64,000 nucleotides of DNA from Oculina patagonica (taxonomy: Eukaryota). Shown piece after piece: positions 43,001 to 55,000 of this stretch. The stretch lies in the NCBI RefSeq assembly GCF_052425735.1, contig NC_135763.1:35712001-35776000 (forward strand), given 5' to 3'. Position 1 is the first letter of the stretch; each line of letters begins with the position of its first letter. The notes below the pieces were generated by a model. That model did no database searches. It worked only from the letters and a program-made list of their open reading frames with translations, and had not been told where the DNA came from. Made by a program: the position numbers and the translations under genes.

Positions 43001-46000
43001 ACAGTGCAATTTTCTTGTCAGTCACTGTGTTGAACAAACAATTCACAATTCTATTTGCAAATCGTCGCCTCTGGTACTCGTTCATTGCAATCACTTGGTA
43101 CCAGTAGTTTGCGACTTCAGGCAGGTTCAAAGCCTCGGAAAGGTACACAAGATTGAGAACATCTTTCTGGAAGCAGCTTCCACCAAAACCTATTGTTTGT
43201 AGAAAGAAAAGTCTTAAACATGGATCATGTTTACCAGGAGGACCAGGGAGGTGTGGTGGCTTTATGGTTAGTGCATCGGACTCTGGATCAAGTGGTCTAG
43301 GTTTAAGCCCTGGCCCAGAAACAGTGTCGTTGTGTTTACTGGGCAAGACACTTTACTCTCATAGTGCCTCTCTCCAACCAGGTGTATAAATGGTTACCGA
43401 CAAGAGTAACCCTGGGATGGACTAGCATCCCATCCAGGGGGGAGTTGAAATACTCCTAGCCGCTTAATGCTTCAGAAACCGGGATAAGCTCCAGTCTGAT
43501 GAGCCACTTGGTTCAACAGCAGTCTATGTTTGAATTTCCCTGTAGATTCTAACTAGTTAGGTAAAGAAAGGCCTGCCCATGCCATTGGGGCTTAATATCT
43601 TGGTTCACCCTTTAGCTTTGTATGAAGTAAAGAAGTATTAAACAGGAGTATTGTTTCAATCTGTCCCCCACCCCCACCCAAAAAGTCTAACTGCTGCTAT
43701 TTCATCAGGTTGCAGTTGTTCTTAGAACAACTGCAATCGGATAAGATAGCAGCAGTTAGGCTAACTGTCTGCTGGTATCCATTTCCTTTTCTTAAAGTGG
43801 AGTCAGTGCACTTGTTGAGAGAAGAAGTAGACTCTTGCTTAGAATTTCAAAAACTCATTAATAATTCATTACGAAAATACAATGAAAGGAAATTAATGTT
43901 TAATGAGTGCCTTCTATATCTGATAAAGACACGGCTAAATTTTATGTCCAATTTTCTTGCCCAAAATAACCCACAAATAATCCAAGTATCAGTGGATGAA
44001 TGAAAAGATCACATCAGAGGTTTATGAAGGCGTTTAATAAACTCGCAGTTCGTGCTTTATCAAGTCTAAAACATTCGGCTTAGCCTTGTGTTTTTAACTT
44101 GATAAAGAACTCCCGCTCGTTTTTTAATCCTCGGACCTACAAGGGGGGATGAATGCAACCCCCCCCCCCCCCCAACCGTAAGGTTTTTTCAAAATTTTTG
44201 AAAGGAAACTCTACAATGCTGAAACTTTCGGTAGCTGTTCATTCATCCCTTGCGGATATGTCAATCATGTGTCCATCATATTTGACATTGCCATGGTAAC
44301 ATCCTAACTACAAGCAGGTCTTGCCAAAAATCATTATTTTTAACATTTTTTTTAAATTATTTTTTTCCAGTTTTTTTGTAACAGAATTGTGTGAATTGTT
44401 TATTTTAACATTCCATAAGCATTCTGGCTTGATTTCGCATCAATTTCCGTTATTTTTTGATTTTCAAAATGGTGAAATCCAAGATGGCAGCTCTAATGAA
44501 GTCACAGCCAACAAAAATTATGTCATCTTGTAGAGTAAGCTACGGGCTTTCTACTCAGTGCAAAATAATTTTGCTGTGCCTTAATAGAACGAAAACTCTG
44601 GGGGGGGGGGTTCCCTCCACTCCCCCCCCCCCCTTGTACGATGGTGGGGGTACAAATTCGCTTGTACAGTACCGCTCAAATGTAAGTTACCACCGTCTCG
44701 CGAGAAACGAGACGCGTCTCGCGAGAGACGAGACTCGTCTCGAGAGAAACGAGACGCGTCTCGCGAGACGAGTCTCGTTTCTCGCGAGTGCACTGCAAGT
44801 ACGAAATTTTCGCCTTCTGTTGTTGGGAATGCCAATAAGTACACGGCTAGTTTCCACAAACTTCACAATTTATTTCTCTGATAGTATTTTCCTGATCACA
44901 CCCGATATCACTCTCTGATAGAATGAACAATAGTTAGCTCGGTTTTCCCTTATCACTGACGCGCGACACACCCTAATACCTAGACAGCGATGACTGATTA
45001 CATGGTTCTATTGTCTACATCAAAATCACGAGAAATCAAAACATTACATAACCTGATAACGCAAATCACTTATCGTACTATTTGTCACGCAATACAACTA
45101 AAAATATCTCAACACACTCCCCTATTTGTTTCCGTCACGGGAGCAAATACAATTCTAGTGAAGTTGTTTTCTTTTCTCGCAAAAACCTAGTAGATTGAAA
45201 TCAGTGTTCAAATAATAAGTGTTCCTCTTGAAAATAAACTCGATTAAATGTTCAAATAAACAATGTTCCTTTTACTAGTCGCTCTGCTCTCGTTCAGCAA
45301 TGTCAGCGACCCGCAGTCTGGCAGCTACTGCAGCATCTCGCCTTGGTCTGAAGACACACGCCTCTGGATTCAGTGGAGGTCTCGGCACTTCTTGGGACCT
45401 GTCACAGGACAGCTCCAGTGGATACAACTGCTGCACTGCTCGCTCTAAATAGCTCTTTCCTGCTCGAAGCTTCACAGCTCTCACAACACCATCACGTCCC
45501 ACAATGAGCTCCTCCACTATTCCAAGCTTCCACTTGTTCCTGTCTTTGTTGTCGTCCTTGATTATACACACATCTCCCCTTTCAACTCCACAGGGCGAGT
45601 CTTTACGGATTACGGTGTGACGCTCTCGCAGCCCACGTAAGTACTCTTTGGTCCAACGGTTCCACATCACATCTTTACACTTGCCCAGGTATTTTGCTCG
45701 CCGTCTCAGTTCTGGACTTTCTCCGTGATGTGCCTCCCTCTCCGGTAAAATATTTGGTTGGCAGAAAAGCATTGAATTCGGTGTTAGAACTGGGAATTGA
45801 GCGTCATCTTCTACATAGGACAGTGGCCGACCGTTCAGTGAAACTTCTACATCCAGAAAGACTTCTTTCAACTCATCAAAGGTTAGGTAGGCGTTGCCGA
45901 TAGTTTTCCTCATTGCTGTTTTGACCAGCCCTACCATGCGCTCGAACTGGCCTCCCCACCAAGGGGCTCTGCTAAGGTTGAACTTTCATGTAATTTGGTG

Positions 46001-49000
46001 GCTTGCAAGGTAATCATTTAGCTTCTCGTCGTTCTGAACTTGTTTAATCCATGCTGCAGCTCCAATGAAAGTACTGCCATTGTCTGAATAGATCGTACTT
46101 GGTCTGCCACGCCTTGCTACCAATCCCTTTAGGCTTAGAAGGAATTCACTGGTCTCCAAGCTTTTCGCCAGGTCAAGGTACAGTGCTCTCGTCAAACTGC
46201 AGGCATACAGGATAAGATAGGCTTTTCCTTCGCGCTTTTCAGTAGCTTTAAACTTGATTGGGCCAGCATAGTCGACCCCCACAACTTGAAATGGAGTGGA
46301 ACCTTCGGTTCGATCTCGCGGCAGCAGTCCAGGAGGTGGTACGGCTAGGGCTGTGGCCTGGAATCGTTTACATCCGGGGCATTTTTTCACAATGCGCTTC
46401 ACTAGTCGTCTTAGACGTGGGACCCAGTGCTCTTCTTGTACTTTGGCCATTGTCAACTGCGTACCTCCGTGTAGAGTAGATTTGTGAGCTTCTTCAACGA
46501 ACTTCTCTGTGTAGACTGCTGTATCTGGGAGATACACTGGGTAGACGCCCTGTATCCGTCCCCGGCATTCAAGGAGTTGCTGGTCGTTTAACTGTAAGTT
46601 AAGTTGCAAGCGGTCGTTCTCATAATTCACTGACTTCACACCTTCCTGCTGTGCTCTCTTCTCCCAGAATCTTCTTTGAACTTTTAGTTCTTCGGTGGTT
46701 AGTGGCCCTGTTTTCCTTTCACGAGGTGGGCTTCTGGAGTTATGGACAAATCTCGCGACCCATCCGCCGATGCGCAGCACGCGCCAGAGACCATACTTGT
46801 TTAGAACTGCGTCAAATCTATCCACCTCTTGGTTGGTGGCGAGCTTAAATATCTCTTGTACCGTCTTTGCTTCAGCCAGGGTTTCAGCGGTAGCGGTTGT
46901 TGTAATATCGACTGGCCAAGCACTTGGTTGAGAGAGCCATTTCGGACCACGCCACCAGAGATCGTCGTCTTGCGCTACAGGTCCTCCACGACTCCCCAGG
47001 TCGGCTGGATTCTCTTTGGTAGGTACATGTCTCCAGGTAATCCAATCTTTCTCTTGAATTTTGTGCACCCGGTTGTGCACAAACTGCTTGTAATCTCCTC
47101 CTCCTCGAATCCAGTGGAGCGCAACCGTACTGTCGGACCAACAGTAAACTTGGTCGACCGGATATCCTTCGAGGGCTTCCTTAACGTTAGTTGCCAAATT
47201 TGTTGCCATGTGGCAGGCGACCAGCTCTAGGCGTGGTATGGTGAGGCCCTGTTTGGCCAATCGAGATTTAGCTGCCACAATTCCTTGTGTGACGCCTGAT
47301 GGTTGTGAAACGACAGTGAACGCTGTTGCAGCCATGCCCAGACCACTTGCATCTCCAAAGACATGTAGGGATATGCTGTTAATTGGTTCCCGATACTGAA
47401 CCAGGGCCCTCGCAAATGTGATTCTCTCCGGTGATCTCGATTCCCATTTGGCCCACTTGTCGGCTAGGTGAGAAGGCAATTGTTCATCCCATCCAATTCT
47501 AAGGTTGCAGGCGTCGCGATAAAGCAGCTTTCCACACAGTGTGAGTGGAGACGCCAATCCGAGTGGATCATAAATCCGCGCTACCTTGGCCAATATTCCC
47601 CTCTTGGTGTTGTCGGCTTTCTCAGGCGGTACAGTGATGCTCAGCAAATCTCTCAGCTTATCCCATTTTAGGCCAAGCAGTGAACTCTCCCCCCCTGACG
47701 AGGTGCCCAGTTGCTGTTTAGCGAACGTCTGGTCTGCGGTCTGATCGGTTTCAGTGGATTCCAATTCAGCAACGTTTGAATGCCATTTATGAAGCTCGAA
47801 GGCGGCGTCAGCAAAGATTTCGGTGGCTGCATTTTTCATCTCTCTTGCTTTGGATACTGTTGTTCCTCCACTAATTAGGTCATCCACGTACAGATTCTTC
47901 TTAATCTCGCGTACTATTTCAGGCTGCTTGAGGCTCCAGGTATCCAGATGTTGCTCAATGACCCCTTCCAACAAGAAGGGCGAGGGACCCAAACCAAACA
48001 GCGCCCTTGTAAAGCGGAGTGTCTCAACTTCTTTAGTCTCCATGTTCTTTAACCAGTGGAACCTGAGAGCATCTCTTTCTTCTGGTCGGATTCTGACTTG
48101 TAAGAATGCTTTCTTGATATCACCAGTGATGGCAACTGGATTGAAACGCCCTCGAATCAATACACTCCATAGTTGGTTTTGTAGCGGTGGACCAGTGTTA
48201 AGACATTCGTTAAGAGATGGCGCGCCGTCCCAGGCCCTTGCGGAGGCGTCATACACTATTCTCAGCTTTGTGCTTTCAGCGGTTTCTCGAACGACTCCCT
48301 TGTGTGGAATGTAAAATTCCCGTCCTTCGGCAGAGTTTGGGGCGCGCTCAACTATTCCCTCCGCCAACTGCTCCTGGATGACAGCATTGTAATCATCGAT
48401 AGACCTATTCTTCTCAAGTTTCCGTACTAGGCTAGCGAGTCTGCGTAAGCTTCCTTCCTTGTTGTTTGGCAAAGGGGGATGATTTCCCTTCCACGGGAGA
48501 CCGGTTTCGTACCACCCTTCTTCGTTCCTCCGCAGCTGCTCTTTAAACTCATCGTAAACTACACCCTGATCCCCTGAAGGCGAATCTGCCAACCCGAGTA
48601 CGTCTAGCTTACAAAGTTCCTCGTAGTCAACTTTCGACGTTTGTGTGAGGAGCATACTGGTGGTGTCAATTTCTTTACCGGGTGAAGTGATGGTCCAGCC
48701 CAACTTTGTGTAGCTTGCTACAGGATCCCATTCTCTTCCCACGCGCTGAGGTTCGGTGGTGCTGATTCTGGGGCATTCACTGTTTCCTAGAATGATGTGC
48801 ACAGGTAGGCGAGCTCTCTCGTCTTTGTCATCCATGGTCACACCCTTTAGATGAGGGTGTTTTTCTACGAGCTTCTTGTAGCGTGGGTTTTCTAACATCA
48901 TAAGGTGTGGCTTCTCTACTTTTGTGACTTCTGCTTCCATCTCAAAATTTCCCTTCACTGAGTTAAGTTTGATTCTATAAACTTCCATCACCCGACTGCT

Positions 49001-52000
49001 CGAGCCCAACATCATCTCTATCTTGCGCAATCCAGAATGGTGAGGTTTAGCGCCAATTCTCTCAAGCAGTGCGGCCGAAGCGTACGAACTTCCTGTGCCA
49101 GAATCTAAAAGTGCACGACATTTAATTCCTGCAATTTCCACGACAACCACCGGGTACACCACAGGACCATCGCCAATTTGCGTAGCTGTCATCGAGTTGT
49201 CTGTGTTTCCTCTGTCACAGATGGAGGTGTGGTGTTTTCTTTTACAAAACAAACACGTTTTCGTGCTCTTGCATTCCGTCGCCCTGTGATTGTCTCCGGC
49301 ACAGTTAAAGCAGAGTCGTCTTTTCAAGAAAATCTTCCGTCTTTCGTCTGGATCGGGAACTTTGGTACATTCGTGTGGCCTGTGATCAGTGTCGTCGCAA
49401 TAAAGACATCCACGAGGACGCGCGTCGCCTAATTGGGTGTTAAACGCATTTGAGTCACGCCAGGACTTGTCACTTGATCTGGTGGTCACATGCACAGGAT
49501 TTCTTTCTGTCCATCTCTGGAGGGCGTAAACGAACTTCGGAAAGTCCCATTCTTGCCAGTTTTCGTCTGTTCTAACAAGGTCGCCCCTGATTCCCGGTAG
49601 TTTATCGATCGACATTCGCACATAACCATTTACTTCTTTAAGTTTACCCAGGGTCTCTAGAGCTTGAACGTTGAACGAGAGCGCTTCATAGAATTGAAGG
49701 ATCCTTGCTGGATTAGCCCCACTGACTACGGGTAGCCCCATGATATTTTGGACATACGCATTCACTATTTCAGACGGTTTCCCATACTTGTTCTTTAGAA
49801 TATTCTTAGCCCGCTCATATCCCTCGCTAGAGAAAGGGAGACCATCTATTCCCGCCCTGACTTTAGGCTCTAACAGATCTTTAAGATAGGCGAATTTAGT
49901 TACCGCCGCCATGTCGCTACATTTGTCGATTTCTGCTTCGTAAATGTTCCAAAAACGGAGCCAATCCGTAAAGGAACCATTAAACTTTGTAATCGTTAGC
50001 TTAGGTAACTTAGTGCGCGCTCCCTCGCTGGCAGGACTGGCTTTAGCTTCGTTTGCCTTCGTTGCGTAATTCTTCTTCGCGTCTTCTATCTTTCGCTCGT
50101 ATTCTAGTTTCTGCTCAAGCTGTGCGCGTTCGAATTTAAGCTGGTCTTCACGCTCCTTCGCTTTAAGCTCCTTCTCGGTTTCTTGAGCTTTGAAATCCTC
50201 TTCTGATTTAATACTAGCTAAGTGTTCATTTATATGTGTTACTTCAGTATCGACTTGAGCGACCTTTGTTTCAATATCTGTGCTCCACTTCGCGATATCC
50301 TCTTCGGAACCGCCCTCTTTGAACATTTCTTCGACCACTTGGAGCTTTAAACTATCTATTTGACTGGCTATGCTAGTCAGAGCTTCGAGATGGCGGTTAA
50401 TTGCTAGCACATTTCCAGAATCTAGTACGCCTTGTGTTTTTCCCAAGGTAAATAAAAGGAGTTTTAGTTTACCTCCTAAGTCTGTCTTCAACTTCTCCAT
50501 TTCGGCTTCCTGGCCAATAACAGTTTCTTGAGTCCCGTCCGAGGTGCCACTGTGTTGGGAATGCCAATAAGTACACGGCTAGTTTCCACAAACTTCACAA
50601 TTTATTTCTCTGATAGTATTTTCCTGATCACACCCGATATCACTCTCTGATAGAATGAACAATAGTTAGCTCGGTTTTCCCTTATCACTGACGCGCGACA
50701 CACCCTAATACCTAGACAGCGATGACTGATTACATGGTTCTATTGTCTACATCAAAATCACGAGAAATCAAAACATTACATAACCTGATAACGCAAATCA
50801 CTTATCATACTATTTGTCACGCAATACAACTAAAAATATCTCAACACTGTTGCATTTGTTCAACTGTCAAGTGAGACTTCACCGACATTCCCAAAGCAGG
50901 ATAAAATTTCGCGCGTGAATCGGTGGCGGCACGCTTGTCTTTACATGTTTAGTTTTTACGTCATGGCTATAACTTCGTCGTGTACTTGACCTAAATGATC
51001 TATACATGTAATTACAGCAAAACAACTTGACTGGGTGCAACCAAAAACGTATTTCCAAGCGAAACTGAATCAAGATAGCCATAATAGTTTCACTTCGCCG
51101 ATCGATCGATCGGCGGCGCTCGTCCGAGCGCTTGCTTTTAATTAACATTTGTCTGAATCGTTGGCGGCACGCACGTCTTGAAATGTTTTACAGATCTATC
51201 AAATGACTCATTCGTGTGTTAAACAAGAAATTATTTGTTTGTTTGTTTTTCACCTAAACCAGTCATAGTTTACAGCAAAACGTTTTGTCTGGGTACATGA
51301 AAAACTTTTACACAAAATATGCATGAACTCGTTGCTACGAACGACAAACAATAGGATTTAACCCTCGCAGCTTCAAGATACACAGGTTTGTATTCCGAAT
51401 AAAAGGGATATCTCAACGAAACTGTTTCCCATTTGTTTTTTAAATGTTCAAGCGAAACTAGTAGGCCAAAATAAATACATTTAAAGCGTTATAAGTTCAC
51501 TGTTATTCGAATGTTGTTGTGAAAGAGTGAAACTGCCCGGTAGTTGGGCTTGGGGAATATAACACGTATTTATATGCAAATGTACCGAGTTTATTAAAGC
51601 AAAATTAAAGAAAATCAAAACCCACTTTCATAACATACGTTTTATTTAAGACTTAAGTTGTATTCAGCGAGTTACTAGAAAAATGTTTCAATGCTCGACA
51701 GTATGCAAAGGTCGAGCGCTTTTAATTTGAGGTCGAAGTTAAATTACCTGTTGGAATCCACTGTCGACTCGTTCCTGCGAACTAGCTTTCTCACTGGAAA
51801 AAAAGCGAACAGCTTTGCTCTTTCCAAGAAAAAACTTTTGATTCGTATAAAGCTTCAAATCAATAGCTCCCTGCGTCTTGTTTGCCGTGCGGCATATCAA
51901 AGTTTTGTGGTTTCGCGACATCTCGGGTTTCAAGTTACAGGAGGTAGTTTTGAGTCAATTCAAGTGAACCTTTTAAAGGCAGAGTATTTTACTGTTTCAA

Positions 52001-55000
52001 CAAACTTTATAAACCTTGTAAAACCCAAGATATTACTTGTTTTGAAATCGTGCCGAGACGCTTGATCAAAATGCAATTCAACGCGGCCGACAAATTGTCG
52101 CACGTGAGCTGAATTTGCAGACGGTCACGTAACTATTTCTATAAACAGTCACGGTTCATTTTTTCCGCTTTTTGGCCATCTTTGCTTTTATAACATTCGA
52201 TTATCGATACGCGTTTTATTCAAGACTTAAGTTTCATTCAACAAGGTTTACAATTTCGTTTAAATATGTTTCAGATAACTTTCGATTCGACGGCGCGGCG
52301 GCGGCCGGCGACATTCTTTCGGAAGATAATATTTACACAAGCATGTTTGTTGTTCTTAAAGAAATCTTATCTGCAGATGTGAAAGGCCATCCCCTTTTTT
52401 TTCTCTGTTTAGCGTCGTCCGACCGACCCAGATTTTCGCGTTTTCAAAAAAAAAAAAAAAAATTTATACAGAAGGTATAGAAGGCAATGACACATTATTT
52501 TAAATAATGTTTCATCCTTTTTACGCTGTTCTTGTTTGAGTTTAACCACGACGTCGATTTTTCCTTCCTCCATTGCCGCCATGTTGACTTTGTAACCATG
52601 TCTTCTTGTTTCCATGCTCCACGGACATTATGCTGAGGTACCGGGCCTCCTAGTTCCAGACTCCTTATCCACTTTTTTTTTTAATTTTTTTTTTTTAATT
52701 CCGACCGACCGACCCAAAATCAGAAACACATACGACGATAAACGAAAAAAAAAAAAGGGGATGGCCAAAGAAACCTTCCGGACCGTATACGTAACTTTAC
52801 ATGTTGTTCAAAGATTTACATCATAGTTACATGAACGAAAACTTGTTGTTGAAAAAAAAAAACGTTTCGAGCCCAAGCAAAGTCAATGTCGGAGATCATT
52901 TCCTCGATTTGGCAACGCACTACAGACAGAAATCTTTGATATAATACGGCCTCTTGCGAGTAATATATTCCATACTAAACGCTTCACTGACTCTCGCGAG
53001 AGACGAGAAGCGTCTCGAGAGAAACGAGACTCGTCTCGCGAGAAACGAGACGCGTCTCGCGAGAAACGAGACGAGAGGTGGTAACTTACATTTGAGCGGT
53101 ATGTCCGAGGGTTAAACATAACATAAAAAACAACGACCTCAGTCAGAAGTCAAGTCCTGTCTCCCTCGATCAGTCTAGAATTTGACAGGCTAGCCATACG
53201 GGCACCATACATGCATTCCACGTTCTACATGTAGTTATTTAACACTCCATTTGACTGACTAATCAAAGAGAATCAAGGTAAACAACAGTTGTAGTTTTTT
53301 TTGTGTTCAATAGGTGTGCAATGTGCTTTGAGTTTTTAGTGCCTACAAATTTGGTGCCAAACATCTCCCGGACAGGCGTTCAGTGTACTGTACACTACAG
53401 GATCGGTCAAGACTAAAATTATATCGTACCAACTGAGGCTCGCAAAAAACTGCTTCCTATTCTACTGTCTCGTCCAATTGCACTGGCTACTTCAGACACG
53501 TCAGCACCAGTGGCCTCGCAGATCGCACTCATAGCATTGATGCTGGAGATTCGTTGTGCCAGAAATGCATTGGCTGCCTGCAAAAAAAGAAAAAAAAACA
53601 TAAAAAGAAAATAATAATCTATGTTACATTTTATGTAACATAGAAAACGTAACCTTCCAGAATGTGTGATATAATATTGTGTTGCTCAAGAAAATATTCC
53701 ATACTCCCCTTGCAGTGGGTTTTCCCCTCCCCTCCCCTCCCTCCTTCAACACCACCACCCCTCCTTGAAATTCATGATTTGATTTGCTTCATGAGACCAC
53801 CAACCCCCACCTGAATTTTCAAACACCCTAGAGCTGGACACAGGCATCAATATTTTCTGGTACCACACATTCCAGATAATAATTACTTATTAAAATGTCC
53901 GGAAGCTACTTTTCACTCAAAAGCATTATTGCTGATAGTTGTCACTTGTGTGCCATACAGTAGCTTACAACGTACATGTACTAACCAGCTTTGAGAGTTC
54001 CGAAGACCAAGTGTTGGTTTTAATAATATTTTCTTTGGGAATCCAGTGTTCATAAACTGATGACAATGCTTCAATCGCCTTGTATCCTTCCCTAGACTGC
54101 TCACCTCCTAACAAAAAAACACAAACAAATAACATCTATAATAAAATAATAATACGTAAAATCTCACAAATCGGAGAAAAAAAAAAAAAAACCTTGATAT
54201 AGACTGAAGCAACTCTCACATTTAGCTTGCTTGGGGAACTTACATGCTTGCCTAAGGCTTTTTTGGGGGGGAGGGGAGGGGTTAGCACTGAGGTGGATAA
54301 CAATATTTGGCATATTGAAAAAAGTTAGGCTTAATTTCTCAAGATGCCTCGTCCTTCACATATAAATGTATCCTTTAAATAGTGGGTGTTAATTAGATAC
54401 CAACCTATCAAGACCCTATCAGGATCCATTAAGTCTTTCATTGCTGTACCCTCAGCCAAAAACTCTGGATTGGACAAAACCTAAATAAAACAAGAACTGC
54501 AAGCAGTTTATAATCGTGCGGGTAATGTTTGACCACCTGACCTCTTACAGTGCTTTGGCTTAAAGGCACGGCACCACACAGCAAAAAAAATCTTTAGAAA
54601 AGCAGTCACTTGAGAAACACACAAGTCGTGTTTGCGTTAGTCACGAAGTGAACGTGACATGAATTTCCTTTACCACGCCATCTTTTGCTTTTTAAAACCA
54701 CATGCCTAGCCGGAAAAATGCCTGCTTACGCATGCAAATATTAATTTTGTTCCGAATGTTCAATAAAATAAACCCAAACCAGTTCATTTAAAAGAAAGCC
54801 AAATCACGCCAAAATAAAGAGTACACTAAGGCCATCCCATTTTATTTCTCCGTTTAGCGTCTTCCGACAAGCTTTTGGTAATTCCCCTGGCGCGATGACG
54901 TGTATCCCGTGCTTTGACATATTCTTGCTGAGCTTGCAACTTACGTTTCGATAACGTTTCGATTCTCAAAATACCGTAAACTCAAAACAAAAATTGCGAT

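Larger units (their letters stand above)
44821..50846 (-). mobile_element. Full-length BEL/Pao LTR retrotransposon (6026 bp)
   Basis: Two 294-bp LTRs with TGT..ACA ends and one mismatch. TSD CTGT at 44817-44820 and 50847-50850. PBS next to the 5' LTR, polypurine tract AATAGGGGAGTG next to the 3' LTR, and a gag-pol ORF between. Confidence 0.96.
44667..53101. mobile_element. Non-autonomous Tc1/mariner-like TIR element with CGAGA-rich subterminal repeats; hosts the LTR retrotransposon
   Basis: Left end TA-CAGTACCGCTCAAATGTAAGTTACCACC; right end GGTGGTAACTTACATTTGAGCGGTA (outermost bases lost). Arrays of TCTCGCGAGAAACGAGACG at 44694-44790 and 52990-53075. Confidence 0.75.
44128..53111. mobile_element. 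piggyBac-like MITE (TTAA TSD), split near its right end by a nested insertion
   Basis: TTAA-TCCTCGGAC at the left and GTCCGAGGG-TTAA at the right. The body 44128-44666 ends ...CGCTTGTA and resumes at 53102. Confidence 0.7.

Noticed and set aside
42585-43346. 253-aa ORF as a standalone gene
   Set aside because: Only 42964-43189 is a UGDH exon. The rest is SINE and intron read-through.
45986-45988. Selenocysteine or programmed readthrough at the integrase TGA
   Set aside because: The position corresponds to a usual Trp (TGG to TGA is a single transition) and no SECIS or readthrough signal is evident, so a simple nonsense mutation is more parsimonious.
46258-49432. Multiple plus-strand ORFs within the retrotransposon
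   Set aside because: They are antisense shadows of gag-pol.
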